Shown here: positions 36,771 through 47,348 of the stretch, in pieces | How the letters are laid out: each line of letters starts with the position of its first letter | How positions within the stretch are numbered: position 1 is the first letter of the stretch | NCBI GenBank assembly: GCA_051294375.1 | Contig: CM119271.1 | Location: forward strand, 17,013,799-17,077,798 | Origin: Paraspadella gotoi | Taxonomy: Eukaryota; Animalia; Chaetognatha | Reading direction: 5' to 3' | DNA length: 64,000 nucleotides | The notes under the pieces: model-generated | The model's input: only the letters and a program-made list of their open reading frames with translations | The model's database searches: none | Told to the model about the DNA's origin: nothing | Program-made: the position numbers and the translations under genes

Positions 36771-37343
36771 ATGGAGGATTCTCACAATCCTCGGTTCAAA
36801 TGCACAGAAATAGGTTGTGACTTCAAATCAATCAATTACATTGACTATATATCGCACAAAAAACAGCATGATCAATGGATTTGCATGGAGTGCAATTTTT
36901 CTGCCAGAAACAGAGACAAAATGCGGAAACACATGAGTTTGCATTTCAACGAAAAACCTTATCGATGCGACGAGTGTGATTTTGCAGCAAAATTGAGAAA
37001 AAGTCTTTGGGAACACAAGAGGATTCATTCTGACCATTCTAAAGACTTCTCTTGTGAAAAATGTCACAAAAATTTTGCATGGAGGAGTAACCTGGTTCGA
37101 CATCAAATAACTATGCATTCAAACAAGCGTCAATTTAAATGCAGTCTTTGCTCCTTGACTTTTAAAAATAAATATGCTGTTGATTCTCATTTGATTTCGC
37201 ACAAGAAAGAGAAACTTTGGAAGTGCAATTTTTGTCATGTGAGGTACAAATTTAGAAATTCCCTCAGGAGGCATTCTCGTATGTGCAAACTCAAGCCAGA
37301 GGATACTAAACCTTTACAAATGTTCAATTCTAGTTTTAAATAA
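36771..37343 (+). CDS. Six-finger C2H2 protein (intact exon from the acceptor at 36730)
   Basis: Five C2H2 fingers plus a terminal C2HC finger; EKPYRC linker; open frame to TAA at 37343. Confidence 0.9.
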   Translation: MEDSHNPRFKCTEIGCDFKSINYIDYISHKKQHDQWICMECNFSARNRDKMRKHMSLHFNEKPYRCDECDFAAKLRKSLWEHKRIHSDHSKDFSCEKCHKNFAWRSNLVRHQITMHSNKRQFKCSLCSLTFKNKYAVDSHLISHKKEKLWKCNFCHVRYKFRNSLRRHSRMCKLKPEDTKPLQMFNSSFK

Positions 37344-37440
37344 TATTTTGATTGTCAGTTGCTAAAGACTTTTTACAACTGTTCCTTAACTTTTTTTTTA
37401 AATTCTGACAAAGTAGTTTTAAATTGCACCGCAAGTATTC

Positions 37441-37700
37441 GCGGAGCAACTCTAAGTCACTTTTTGGTCGGTTGGAATGTCTGTCCATTGGTCTGTCCCA
37501 CTTGGTTAATGCTTTAGTAATAAAGTTCATATTTGGAATGAAGATAAGGCACCATAAGACCTTTACGTGATCACCTTAAAAATTGATCATACCACCCAAA
37601 ATTGAATGCGGCTTATATTCAGTTGTTTTTTTGTTAATTTTGCGGAATAGGAAGGAACCTCAAATCTAAGCGACTCTTAGTGACACCTTTTGTTTTTAAC
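37441..37700 (+). mobile_element. Helentron/DINE-1-like element, homolog of 4948-5122
   Basis: Shared gcaactct..aagtcacttttt.ggtcgg start and aaatctaagcgact..ccttttgtttttaa end. Confidence 0.55.
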
Positions 37701-37969
37701 GAATATACATTGATAATAAAGTCACTAGGGCGAAAAACATATTGGAATCTCCGTTCTTGTTTTAATTTTTTTTTTTTGTACAAATGAAGCTTTAAATATG
37801 ACAAAGAATAATGATTTTTCCCCTTGTCAAAACTCTATAGTTTATTTTCAGTCTCAGTCATATAATTGCATTAATTTTGATGACACCATACAGGGAGGTC
37901 CAGATCTAATGGGATTAACTTCAGTTGTTTATAGCACAAAAATGTGTTGTTAGGGCCAATCTATGTCAA

Positions 37970-38534
37970 TAGGGTGGGTCAGAAATTTGAATTGGGAAAC
38001 TTCCTAAATGAAACTCAAGACATTTATAAAAAACTTTTATTTTAAATATTTAAAACACTAATAATTATTTTTTTCATATTTATTTAGAGATAAGAAATAT
38101 TAAAATCTTTTTTGAATTTTGTATTTTTAAAAAAAATAAAGATAGCTTATAAAAAGTTATTTATACAAAATATTTTTATTCTATATTTTGATAATATATA
38201 AGTTAAAATTTAAAAAACCTTTAAAAATTATTATTATATAATGATTTTAATAGCTTTTGCTAATTTTTAGTAATAAAAGATCAAAATTTTAAAAAGTTAT
38301 AATTATATTTTTATTTAACTTTTTGAGCTTTATCAGAATCAATTTAAAAAAACTTAAAATTGAAAAAAAAAAATTTAATATTATATAGTTATTAGTTAAT
38401 ATAATTAAAATTAGCGAATTACTCGTGGTTCAGGACATTTTTCAAAAAAAATATATTAGCACAATACTTAATACCAATAATAGATTTTTTTAAAGCTGTT
38501 CCCATTAAAATTTTAATTTGGTCGGCTCACCCTA
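37970..38534. mobile_element. MITE with TAGGGTG TIRs (hAT-like)
   Basis: tagggtgggtc ... ggctcacccta; interior similar to 33240-33660; TSD not clear. Confidence 0.45.
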
Positions 38535-38732
38535 CTACTATAATTGATGATTTTTGCATAATACGTCATAATTTTTCGCGCCGTTTCCTTACAAAAAAAA
38601 GGATGACTCCTGACTTTTGACCGCGCAGTTTTTCTGACTGCAATTTCCCTGATTAATAAAAATGTAGGATTTAGTCCCCAAAGAGCTGTACCTTCTTATT
38701 AAACAAAATTTTGATCAGCTTTTAATGGCATA

Positions 38733-39935
38733 TTTTTATCGAGCCTACCGGCGAAGCCGGTTCAGGCTCGATATTGATTCGGGTGAGCTTCTTTGTGACG
38801 TCATCGTCGTCGTCGTCACGTATTTTTATATAAAAACTTCCCGTTTTTTTTTAAATAAAAATTATTATAAATTACAATGAAGTTATATAAAAGTGTGCGG
38901 TCATAGTAAGTTAAAAATTTAGATATGGTTTCGCATCTTGAAATAGCTACAAATTTTCATATTACATTTGGATTCAAGTATTTTTTGTTTGAATTTCCAC
39001 TTCATTATGATTTACTGCAATATGAAAATGAGATTATTGTACTCATAATATCCAAATTAGTATATAGAAATGCTTTAATCTAATTTACATATTGCAGTAA
39101 ATAATATTGAAGATGAAATTCATAAACAAATTTTTGAATCAATAAAAAACATGTGAAATCCAAAGACCTTTTTAATGAAAAGCTATATCTTAATTTTAAT
39201 ACAAATAAAAATAAAATCTTTTACAAGCTATGATTGAAAAAAATTGTAAAAATTTTCAATTGTAAACAATTGTAACATTTTTTCCTTTCTTTTATTTCTT
39301 TAAATTATATATAAATTTTTCTTCCTATTTTTGTCAGTTGTTACTTTTTCTGAACCCTTTAAAAACGAGCTCAGGCTCTGCAGTGACTGTTCAGCTGCCT
39401 TCCAGCAGCTGTCCTGCTTTCTCTCTCTTTCTCTTTCTGTCTCTCTCTCTCTCGGTACGATCTCTTGCGTGATCATTTTTTGAAATATTTTGATTATTTT
39501 TTTCCTTTTAAAAACTTTTATTATCGCCATTTATTCCGCGCTTTTTTCTCAATACAAAATCCCAAATTTGCATGCGAGATTTTCGTGGATTTATTCTCTT
39601 TCTTTCTCTCTCTCTTTCACTCATACACGCATTTGTTTGTTTTATTTATGATGAATGATTCATTGCGTCAATGAATGACTATCATTGCATCAATGAATGA
39701 CTATCATCGTATCAATGAATGATTATCATCACATCAATGAATGACTATCATCGCATCAACCATTTGGTTATTATCACATCAATCATTTGGTTATCATCAC
39801 ATTGATCATTTGGTTATCATCGCATCAATTATTGGTTATCATCGCATCAATCCTTTGGTTATCATAGCATCAATATTTGGTTATCATTGAAGGGAGGCTC
39901 GATCCTATTCTTTTAAGATTTTTTTAAGGTTGTTT
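38733..39935 (+). mobile_element. Helentron-associated (HINE/DINE-1-like) element with internal tandem repeats
   Basis: 5' hairpin atcgagcct-accggc(gaa)gccggt-tc-aggctcgat, (gtc)n microsatellite, ~21-bp tandem array at 39655-39890, 3' subTIR aggctcgat at 39895-39903. Confidence 0.7.
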
Positions 39936-40086
39936 GATACAAAATAACTGATCAATCTATTATCGAGATAAATATTAATTTTATTTAAAAAATCTGTTTT
40001 ATATTTTTTCATTTAAAACTAGGTAAATACAACTAAAAACGAAACAAAAAATATATTGAACGAACATTGTTAGTGTTAGTAACAAC

Positions 40087-40569
40087 ATGGAATTTTTCAC
40101 AACCAAAAACAATTTATATTCTTCACATCAAAAACAGAAAAATCAAGATAAACAGTTTACCTGTATTGAATGTGCGTTTCACTCCAGCACCAGAAAATTA
40201 ATGCTGAAACACATGCGTTCGCACAGTATTAAAAAAACTTGGCCTTGCGACCAATGCCATTTCTCCGCAAGAACCCAAGAAAGACTCACAGATCACCAGA
40301 AGACGCATTCTCACCTTGAAATCTCCTGCGAAAAATGCGATAAAAAATTTTCAAGAAGATGCAATTTATTGCGACATCAATTATCAGTTCACTCCAACTC
40401 TCGTTATAAATGCGAGTATTGTTCTTTAACATTTAAAAAAAAATTTGCGTTTAATTCTCATTTAACGACTCACAAGGTGAAAAAACTTTGGAAATGTAAT
40501 TTGTGCAACAATATGTACGATTTGGAAGATTCATTGGAAAAACATTCTTGTGGTTTTAATGTACTTTAG
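40087..40569 (+). CDS. Five-finger C2H2 protein, paralog of the 36.7 kb gene
   Basis: Finger-by-finger similarity (SCEKC..F....NL.RHQ...HSN; CSLTFK.K.A..SHL..HK..KLWKCN.C). Confidence 0.88.
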   Translation: MEFFTTKNNLYSSHQKQKNQDKQFTCIECAFHSSTRKLMLKHMRSHSIKKTWPCDQCHFSARTQERLTDHQKTHSHLEISCEKCDKKFSRRCNLLRHQLSVHSNSRYKCEYCSLTFKKKFAFNSHLTTHKVKKLWKCNLCNNMYDLEDSLEKHSCGFNVL

Positions 40570-40923
40570 TAAATATGTTTTTGATTGTTAGTGTCGTAGA
40601 AATAACGTCATGATATTTTGAACTGTCTCCTTAATTAGGTCTGGAAATGTGTAACAAATTATTTTTAGCATTGTGCATCTTAAATTGTATAAGAATATTT
40701 TAAAATAAAAGAAAATAAAATAAAACGAGTGCCTTTAAAATAATCTGATCATAATTTGATGTATTAGTTACATTATCCTCATTTTGTTAATACGTATCTG
40801 CTCTGACATCAATCGCTAATAAATTCAAAAATTCGTCCGATCAAATTCCGTTTGCTCTTTGACTTTACCTTTAGAAGAGAGAAAAACCTTGAAAATGTTT
40901 ATTATTCAATTATTTATTTATTT

Positions 40924-41588
40924 TGTGGATAAGGCGCTAAGTGGGCTGAAGATGACTATCCGTAACTTTTATAACCCCCTCTAGCAGCTATGGAACGGGC
41001 TTGGAACCAGGCTTGAGGGTTTTCCACTCCCCCAAGGCGGCTTACGGCCGTCCTCACACTTCCCGCAGAGTAGGTACCGGGTTGGGATTGAACCCGGTAC
41101 CTAGTGGTCATGAGCTGATAGCTTTACTCAATGAGCCACTGGGTCACGACTGAAGGTGTCATGCTTAGAGGCGGGGTGAACTTTGTAATGCCCGACTACA
41201 TGCCCCCCAGATTGTAACCCACCCTGCACTGCTTCCAGTGGAGGAGGGGAGCAATTTTCAGCACATCCATGGGCCTGGAATCAGAAGGTTGGAATACGCT
41301 CGACAGGGTGGGCTCACCAGTGTGGATAAGGCGCTAAGGTGGGCTGAAGATGACTATCCGTAACTTCTATAACCCCCTCTAGCAGACATGGAACGGGTCC
41401 GGGGCTTGGACCCAGGCTTGAGGGTTTGCCACGCCCCCAAGGCGGCTTACGGCAGGGTAGGTACCGGGTTGGGATTGAATCCGGTACCTAGTGGTCATGA
41501 GCTGATGGCTTTACTCAATGAGACACCGGGTCACAACTGAAAGGGTTATGCTTATAGGCGGGGTGAACCTAGGCAATGCCCGACTACA
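40924..41588 (-). mobile_element. TRIM (miniature non-autonomous LTR retrotransposon) with tRNA-derived sequence inside the LTRs
   Basis: LTRs 41588-41321 and 41200-40924 (TGTAG..TCCACA); 120-bp interior with PBS TGGTGAGCCC and PPT GGGGGGCA; TSD ATTT (40920-23, 41589-92); A box TGGCTCATTGAG and B box GGTTCAATCCC in the LTR. Confidence 0.88.
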
Positions 41589-43449
41589 ATTTCGTTATTT
41601 ATTTTTTTTATTATTATTTTTAAAGCTCAAGTTGAGAATTCCAACGTTTTTATCCTGGGAAGAAACAATGTCATGTTTTATTATCCTATTCGCTTGTTTA
41701 CTTGGGACAAAAAATTTTTAAACGGGTTAATTTTTTTTTTTGTTTAATGGTTTGCGTAGTGTTTTTGACTGTAATAAACAAATTGGGAAATAAACTAATG
41801 ACATTGGAATAATTTAATCATCAGATTTGTTTAATAATTTTCTTTCACTAACCATGAAGTGATGTACAATTTCAAAGGTTAAAAAAAATTGGAACTAAAC
41901 TTTGTATCTTAAGTCAGAGGGAGTTTTCCCACTTGAAGTTAGTAAGTGTTATTAATAGTGTTATTTCTCTAATTCAGTCAATGAACAAATGTAACTATTA
42001 TGTTGAGGGGCGAAGATAATTTAAAGTAAAACTTTTTAATATCTTTTCACGTTATCTGTCTCTCTCTCCCTTTCTCTCTCGCTCTCTCTCTTGTCTAAAT
42101 TAAATTGAGACAAATGCTGATTTGCGGTAAAGAACAAATTTGCTGCTCAAGCATCACCCCTGCTGCGCTGAGGGACGCCGCAACCAAGGTTAAGGGGAAG
42201 AAGGAACAAAATAAATAAGAAGGGAGAGAAAGATAGAGAGAGAGACGAAAGAATGTGGAGGAGCGAAAAAAAAAGAATTAGAGAAAACGAGAAAAAGAGA
42301 CAGAAATAAAGAGGGAGAGAAAGTGGAACAAAAAAAGAGATCTAATGGCGACGAAATAGGAAAAAAGAAAACCTAAAAAAAACCCTGGCAAGATTAGAAA
42401 AAGAGATAGAGAGAGAGAGAGAAGATTGAAGAAGCTTCAAACTCCCGATCCTTGATTGTGCGGAAAGCTAAGTAGGTGCTTCAATTTACATGATTAATCA
42501 GGGGACAACATCTTTAGACGTAGAGGACCAAAAGTGGGGATTTTGGTAAGGATAATGATGATTCTTAATGTTTGGTGAGTTAGTAGCCACAGCCCTTCCT
42601 ATTTATTTTAGGGAAAATTCCCAAAAATTCAAAACCGAACCGAAATGTGAATTTGGGAATGGGAATTTGTTAATTTCTAATCCGTTTGATTAGAAACAGA
42701 TCTTTGCTTTGAGCAATGAGCATATTCATATTCACTCTCAATATGAGTTTCAGTTATTCGTTTGTAATTATTAAGTATGTGTAAATGTTTGTACAATTTA
42801 CAAAATTGTACAATCCATCCCTTTTAATAAAATATCACCTTTCTCTAAATGCATTAAGCCATGTGTTTTATATGTACTTCAATTTCCAGAATTTCTCGCA
42901 TTTCCGTAATTCTTTCAACTTTTAAGCATATTTTCCACAAGTGTCAAATTTTACTTTATATTTAATATTAAGGTTAGAGACAAAGGTTATATTTTGGGAC
43001 TAGGTTAAGGATTTGGTTATGGAATAAAAATAGGGAACTTGGTTAAGGATTAGTAGCGAGAACACAAGATTTTTATTTAAAACTTTTTTCTAACTAATTT
43101 GGTACCGAACGATAGGGAATTCTATTTGAGCGCTTCATGCAAAAAATCAGCACAATCGGTCCAGGCATTCAAAATTTATGGCCAAAAACGTCATCCAAAA
43201 ATCGCTTCCTCGCGTAATCAAGTCGCCCTATGTTAAGGATTTCGTTTTTGGTTCCATAAGGATTTGTACTACAAGTACGGTACGAGTAGAATGCTTGTTT
43301 CCGGGCCCTGTAGAAAACAGATCTCGGAGATCGAAGCTCGACAAATCGGAAACTGATCGTGATATTTGCAAAAATAAATATTTTTACGTCTTTAACTATT
43401 TTCCTTTAATATTAATTATTACTAAATATTTACTTTGGCAGTAAAATTT

Positions 43450-43668
43450 GGACTAAAATCCACCAACCGTTCATCAGCAGCCATTGGTGCAGGAGGTCAT
43501 TCGCCTCCCCTTCCAACCCAAAGGTCAGGGGTTTTAGCTCGGTAGTTGCCTTGCAGTAAAGAGGGACAGGGCGCTTAACCCGCCTGTTACAGCCTGATCC
43601 AAAGCTCAGAAACTGCTTATATTGAACGGTTCTGTAACTTACACTAACAATTATTACTGTCTCTTCAA
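43450..43668 (+). mobile_element. Second copy of the tRNA-Gly-like element
   Basis: Reverse-complement homolog of 35987-36219. Confidence 0.65.
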
Positions 43669-44346
43669 GATTTTCATAGTTAATTTAAAATGAATATTAT
43701 GAGTAAGAATACATTAAATATCTTTTAAAAAGAATCCTCTATTAGGAAAAGTATAAACTAGTTTATCAAGGAAGCAAGGGATCAAAGAATGCCACCAACT
43801 ACGAACGGCTCCTTGGCGATGGAGGGTGAAGATGACCGAGATTGAATTTAATTTTAATTTAATTGAATGAGTAACGGAATTTTAGTTGACCTTTCTCGGT
43901 GTCGGCTCGGCAAAGTTGTCCTGACAATGTCGGGAGAGTCAATGAATGAGGGAACGTATAAAAGACATGACCCAAGTTTCATAGCATCCATTTGCTCTAA
44001 TAGCCATGGGCGCGAATTATTTTAAGAAAAAATTATATGGTTCCAAGATGACCTTATCAGCTTTGTACTTTCGCAATTTTGACTAAATGTTATTAATGAT
44101 AGGTCATAGGTCATTGAATACAAAACCAAATTAATAACTAATACCCGCTGCCTTAACATCATTAATATAGTCTGAGCATAGTAATCTTAACCTATAATTG
44201 TTATAAAAGTTTTGTGAAAGAAAAATTAATAATTATAATTAGTATTATTATTGTTTGTGCCTCTGTACATTTAGTTTCGATCACGTTGGCTGACTTTAGT
44301 CCAGAATTTGGAACTCGTTGGTAAGTTTTAATATCAACAAACACAT

Positions 44347-44370
44347 TGGCGACGACTACGAGGACGGGAT
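44347..44370 (+). other. PBS-like sequence (tRNA-Ser GCT) after an ..acaca end, suggesting an upstream LTR remnant
   Basis: acaca-t-tggcgacga(ctacga)ggacgggat resembles TGGCGACGAGGATGGGAT with a small internal duplication; TATA-like gtataaaa at ~43956; LTR start not defined. Confidence 0.4.
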
Positions 44371-45025
44371 AAAAATGTTTGTTTACATAAAACGATGCGT
44401 GAAATTAACAAATTAATTTCCGAGATTAAAAGGTAAAAAATGAGTTTAAAACAGTTAAAAATAAACCCCCAACGGAGTTAAAAGCGTTGAACGTCCGTTT
44501 TAAAGGCAACGAGTTTTCCCTCCCGCGACAATTCAAACATTGCTCAAGTAAAAAATAAGACGGATACTAATTTTCCCCCTTTTTCCCCCATTCTTCGCGA
44601 CTGAATCAGTTGTTAAAACTTTTCCTTATAATTTGCGCCGTCTCGATCGTGATGTCGTCCGCCGATGACTCGGCGGACGCGCGGAAACGCACGCGTCGGC
44701 CGCCACGAGCGTAAAAACAATTATAATAATAAACTCCATGAAACAATCATTAAGTATTATAATTCATTCAAAGTGTGCAATAGAATTAAGCAAAAATAAA
44801 GTTGCAGTCGCCGCCGCCGTTGGCGAAGAATTTGCTGCCAGCGCCGCCAGTGGGAAGGGATGCCGTCACCTGATCGGAAAAGAATTCAAAGGAGATCCTT
44901 AATAATTTACTTTTATATAATATAATTAAATTATAAGCCTAATCCACGAAAAAAAAAACAATTTAAAAAGATTTATCTCTTAGTTTTTTTATTGTTTAAA
45001 AATAACGGTAAAAGTGAAACAAAAA

Positions 45026-45067
45026 TACGAACATGTTTCGGCTCCTATGAGAGCCTTCTTCAGATCC
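45026..45067 (-). ncRNA. Minimal PLE-type hammerhead motif inside a 47-bp-arm inverted repeat
   Basis: Minus strand CTGAAGA-a-GGCTC(tcatag)GAGCC-GAAA-CATG-TT; same stems II and III as the 2850 copy; stem I partner missing; IR arms 44982-45028 and 45075-45121. Confidence 0.7.
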
Positions 45068-46614
45068 AAAACATGTATTTTTGTTTCACTTTTACCATTA
45101 TTTTTAAACAATAAAAAAACTTTGCATATAAAACTTACAAAACAACGAAATGAAAGAAATTACACTATGCCTAAAAATTATCTCAAATAATATTAATAAT
45201 TAAAATTGTATCTTATTATGGTTAATGATTTAATTACTTGTAAATAAGGTAGTAGCAATAAAACACTTGGCAGCCGAGCCTACCTCACTACTAACCAGCC
45301 CTTTTGCCATGGCGTTGGTTTGGTGGAGCAACACAGTTTTACGAAGCGCGGTTTTGTTTTACCACTTGTTTTCCTTAGGTTATACGGAGCCCCCAGTTCA
45401 TAAACTCGGTTTGATCTGCCCTATAAAAGGAAAAAAGTAGTATAAATAATTATTAAACTTTTGTCCTGCCACGTATAAAAAGTTTTTAAAAAAATAATTC
45501 TTTTTATTTTTAAGGTCATTACGAGAAAATAAAGGAGTAGTCATAGTATAACCTAGAATAAATCTTTTAACTAAATAACATATAAAATAAAGACAATATT
45601 TCATCTTATTAGCATGATTAACTATAAAATTGAGATTAGGGAAAAAAATAGTACCTATGATCAGCGCTGTTTCCTCTTTTTTCTTATGGTATGATGAATC
45701 ACGAAGATTATTCTCATTGCAAGAATAAGCACTCTTTGTTAGTTGGTACAATCACTAAAGATAATAATAATTATTATATCTTGGCCAAAATCCTGTCTAC
45801 GATGTGGCAACCGCCGTTGCTATAGAAACCCAGATGGATCTGACCCGATCGCTGTCGCCAGTGATCATCCGAACCGATTCGTTCAACAAAAGATCGCGAG
45901 CCACAGCCATGACATGAGGCTTCCGAGCCAAGCACGCGTAACAAAGAAACTAATATTCCAAGCAAATTCAATACGGCGCCAGTGAGTATAAACAAAGAAT
46001 GTTAAACGGATTTATCCGGGAAAAAATAATGATTTGGATTTACTCTTTGATTAATATTAATTGTTCAAATTTTTTTCCGCGCTCCCCCCAAAAAGGAAAG
46101 TTCAAACACCTTTCTAACTGCTGATAAACTCGAAATCCTCTATCTCATAGGGCACGATGGTATAAAATACAACTGAAAAACTAGTTTACTTGATTGCTCA
46201 AATAAGCAAGCAAGCTTGCAAGAATTAAAAGAGGTCATTATATCAAATTGAAGCCAAGACAAAGGTTTAACAATATCTGAAGTTAAAATTACCTTTTGTT
46301 TTATTTACAAGATACGACATTAGGGAAAAGAAAGACATTAAAAAAAGGCACAAACCAGTCCTCTTTAATTGCACTTTTAAATATTAAAATGTTAAAATAT
46401 TTCTCGCGCTCCCCCTCAGTCGTCTTCCCAAGACTCTACGCTTTCCAAATATGCCCATATTGCCACTCTTTGTAATGGTCTTGACTATATATTTTTGATG
46501 GAACCATTTTTGAACGGAAATCGAGGAAAATCTGATTACTCTTCGATCCGAATTACGATTTAGTATTAGGTTAGTGTTAGCTATTGGGTTTTTATTGTCA
46601 TTACCTACTGGAAT

Positions 46615-46894
46615 TGTAGTCGTCATAGCATAAGTTCACGCTGCCTATAGGCTAAAACACTTTCAGTCGTGACCTGGTGGTTCATTGAGTAAAGCCATCA
46701 TGACCACGAGGTACCGGGTTCAATCCCAACCCGGTACCTACTCTGCGGGAAGCGTGAGAACGGCCGTAAGCCACCTTGAGGGCGTGCAAAACCCTCTAGC
46801 CTGATTCCAAGTCCAGGACCCGTTCCGTGGCTGCTGGAGGGGATAGAAGAAGCTGTGGATAGTCATCTTCAGCCCACTTAGCGCCTTATCCAAT
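46615..46894 (+). mobile_element. Solo LTR of the tRNA-bearing TRIM
   Basis: Same termini (tgtagtcg ... gccttatccaat), 4-bp TSD GAAT (46611-14, 46895-98), same A/B boxes and hairpin. Confidence 0.85.
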
Positions 46895-47348
46895 GAATTA
46901 AATATCTGGATTAAAATTAAACAACGAAAACGTGACGCTTTCCGAAAATAGTGCCAAACGTTCCTCTTAACCGAATCCCAAAATGTTACTTTTTCTTTGT
47001 TTTGATTTTTTTTGGTTTTGTTTTCCGATTTCTCTCCTTGTTTTTTGTTTTTCGCTGCGACGATTTTTAGCTTAAAATCGTCGGAATCCCATTGAGATTC
47101 GTTTATCTCTGTCGTCGTCGTCGTCGTCGTCGTCGTCTCATCATCATCATTATCATCGTCTTCTTGATCGTTGTCGTTAATTGTCCCTCTGGGTCGTTGT
47201 CGTTGTTGTGAATGCGCGGGAAAAAGGAGACTGGGGGGTGATGTTGACGTTGTTGTCGTCGTCGTTTTTGGTCTTCAATTTTAACGTATAATTTAATCAT
47301 ATCATAATAGGAGTATCTTAACAGGAGTTTAATAACAGGAGTATCATA

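Noticed and set aside
40946-40970. CTGAAGATGAC in the TRIM LTR (also CTGATGA at 17102, 36186, 60828) as hammerhead cores
   Set aside because: No stem II followed by GAAA at the required spacing.
41084-41148. Functional tRNA-Met gene
   Set aside because: A/B boxes are present but there is no proper acceptor stem or cloverleaf; it is embedded in an LTR in three diverged copies.
44657-44700. GC hairpin gtccgccga-tgac-tcggcggac followed by GAAACGC..GCGTC, superficially a hammerhead
   Set aside because: The core reads CCGATGA, and stems I and II cannot be formed in register.
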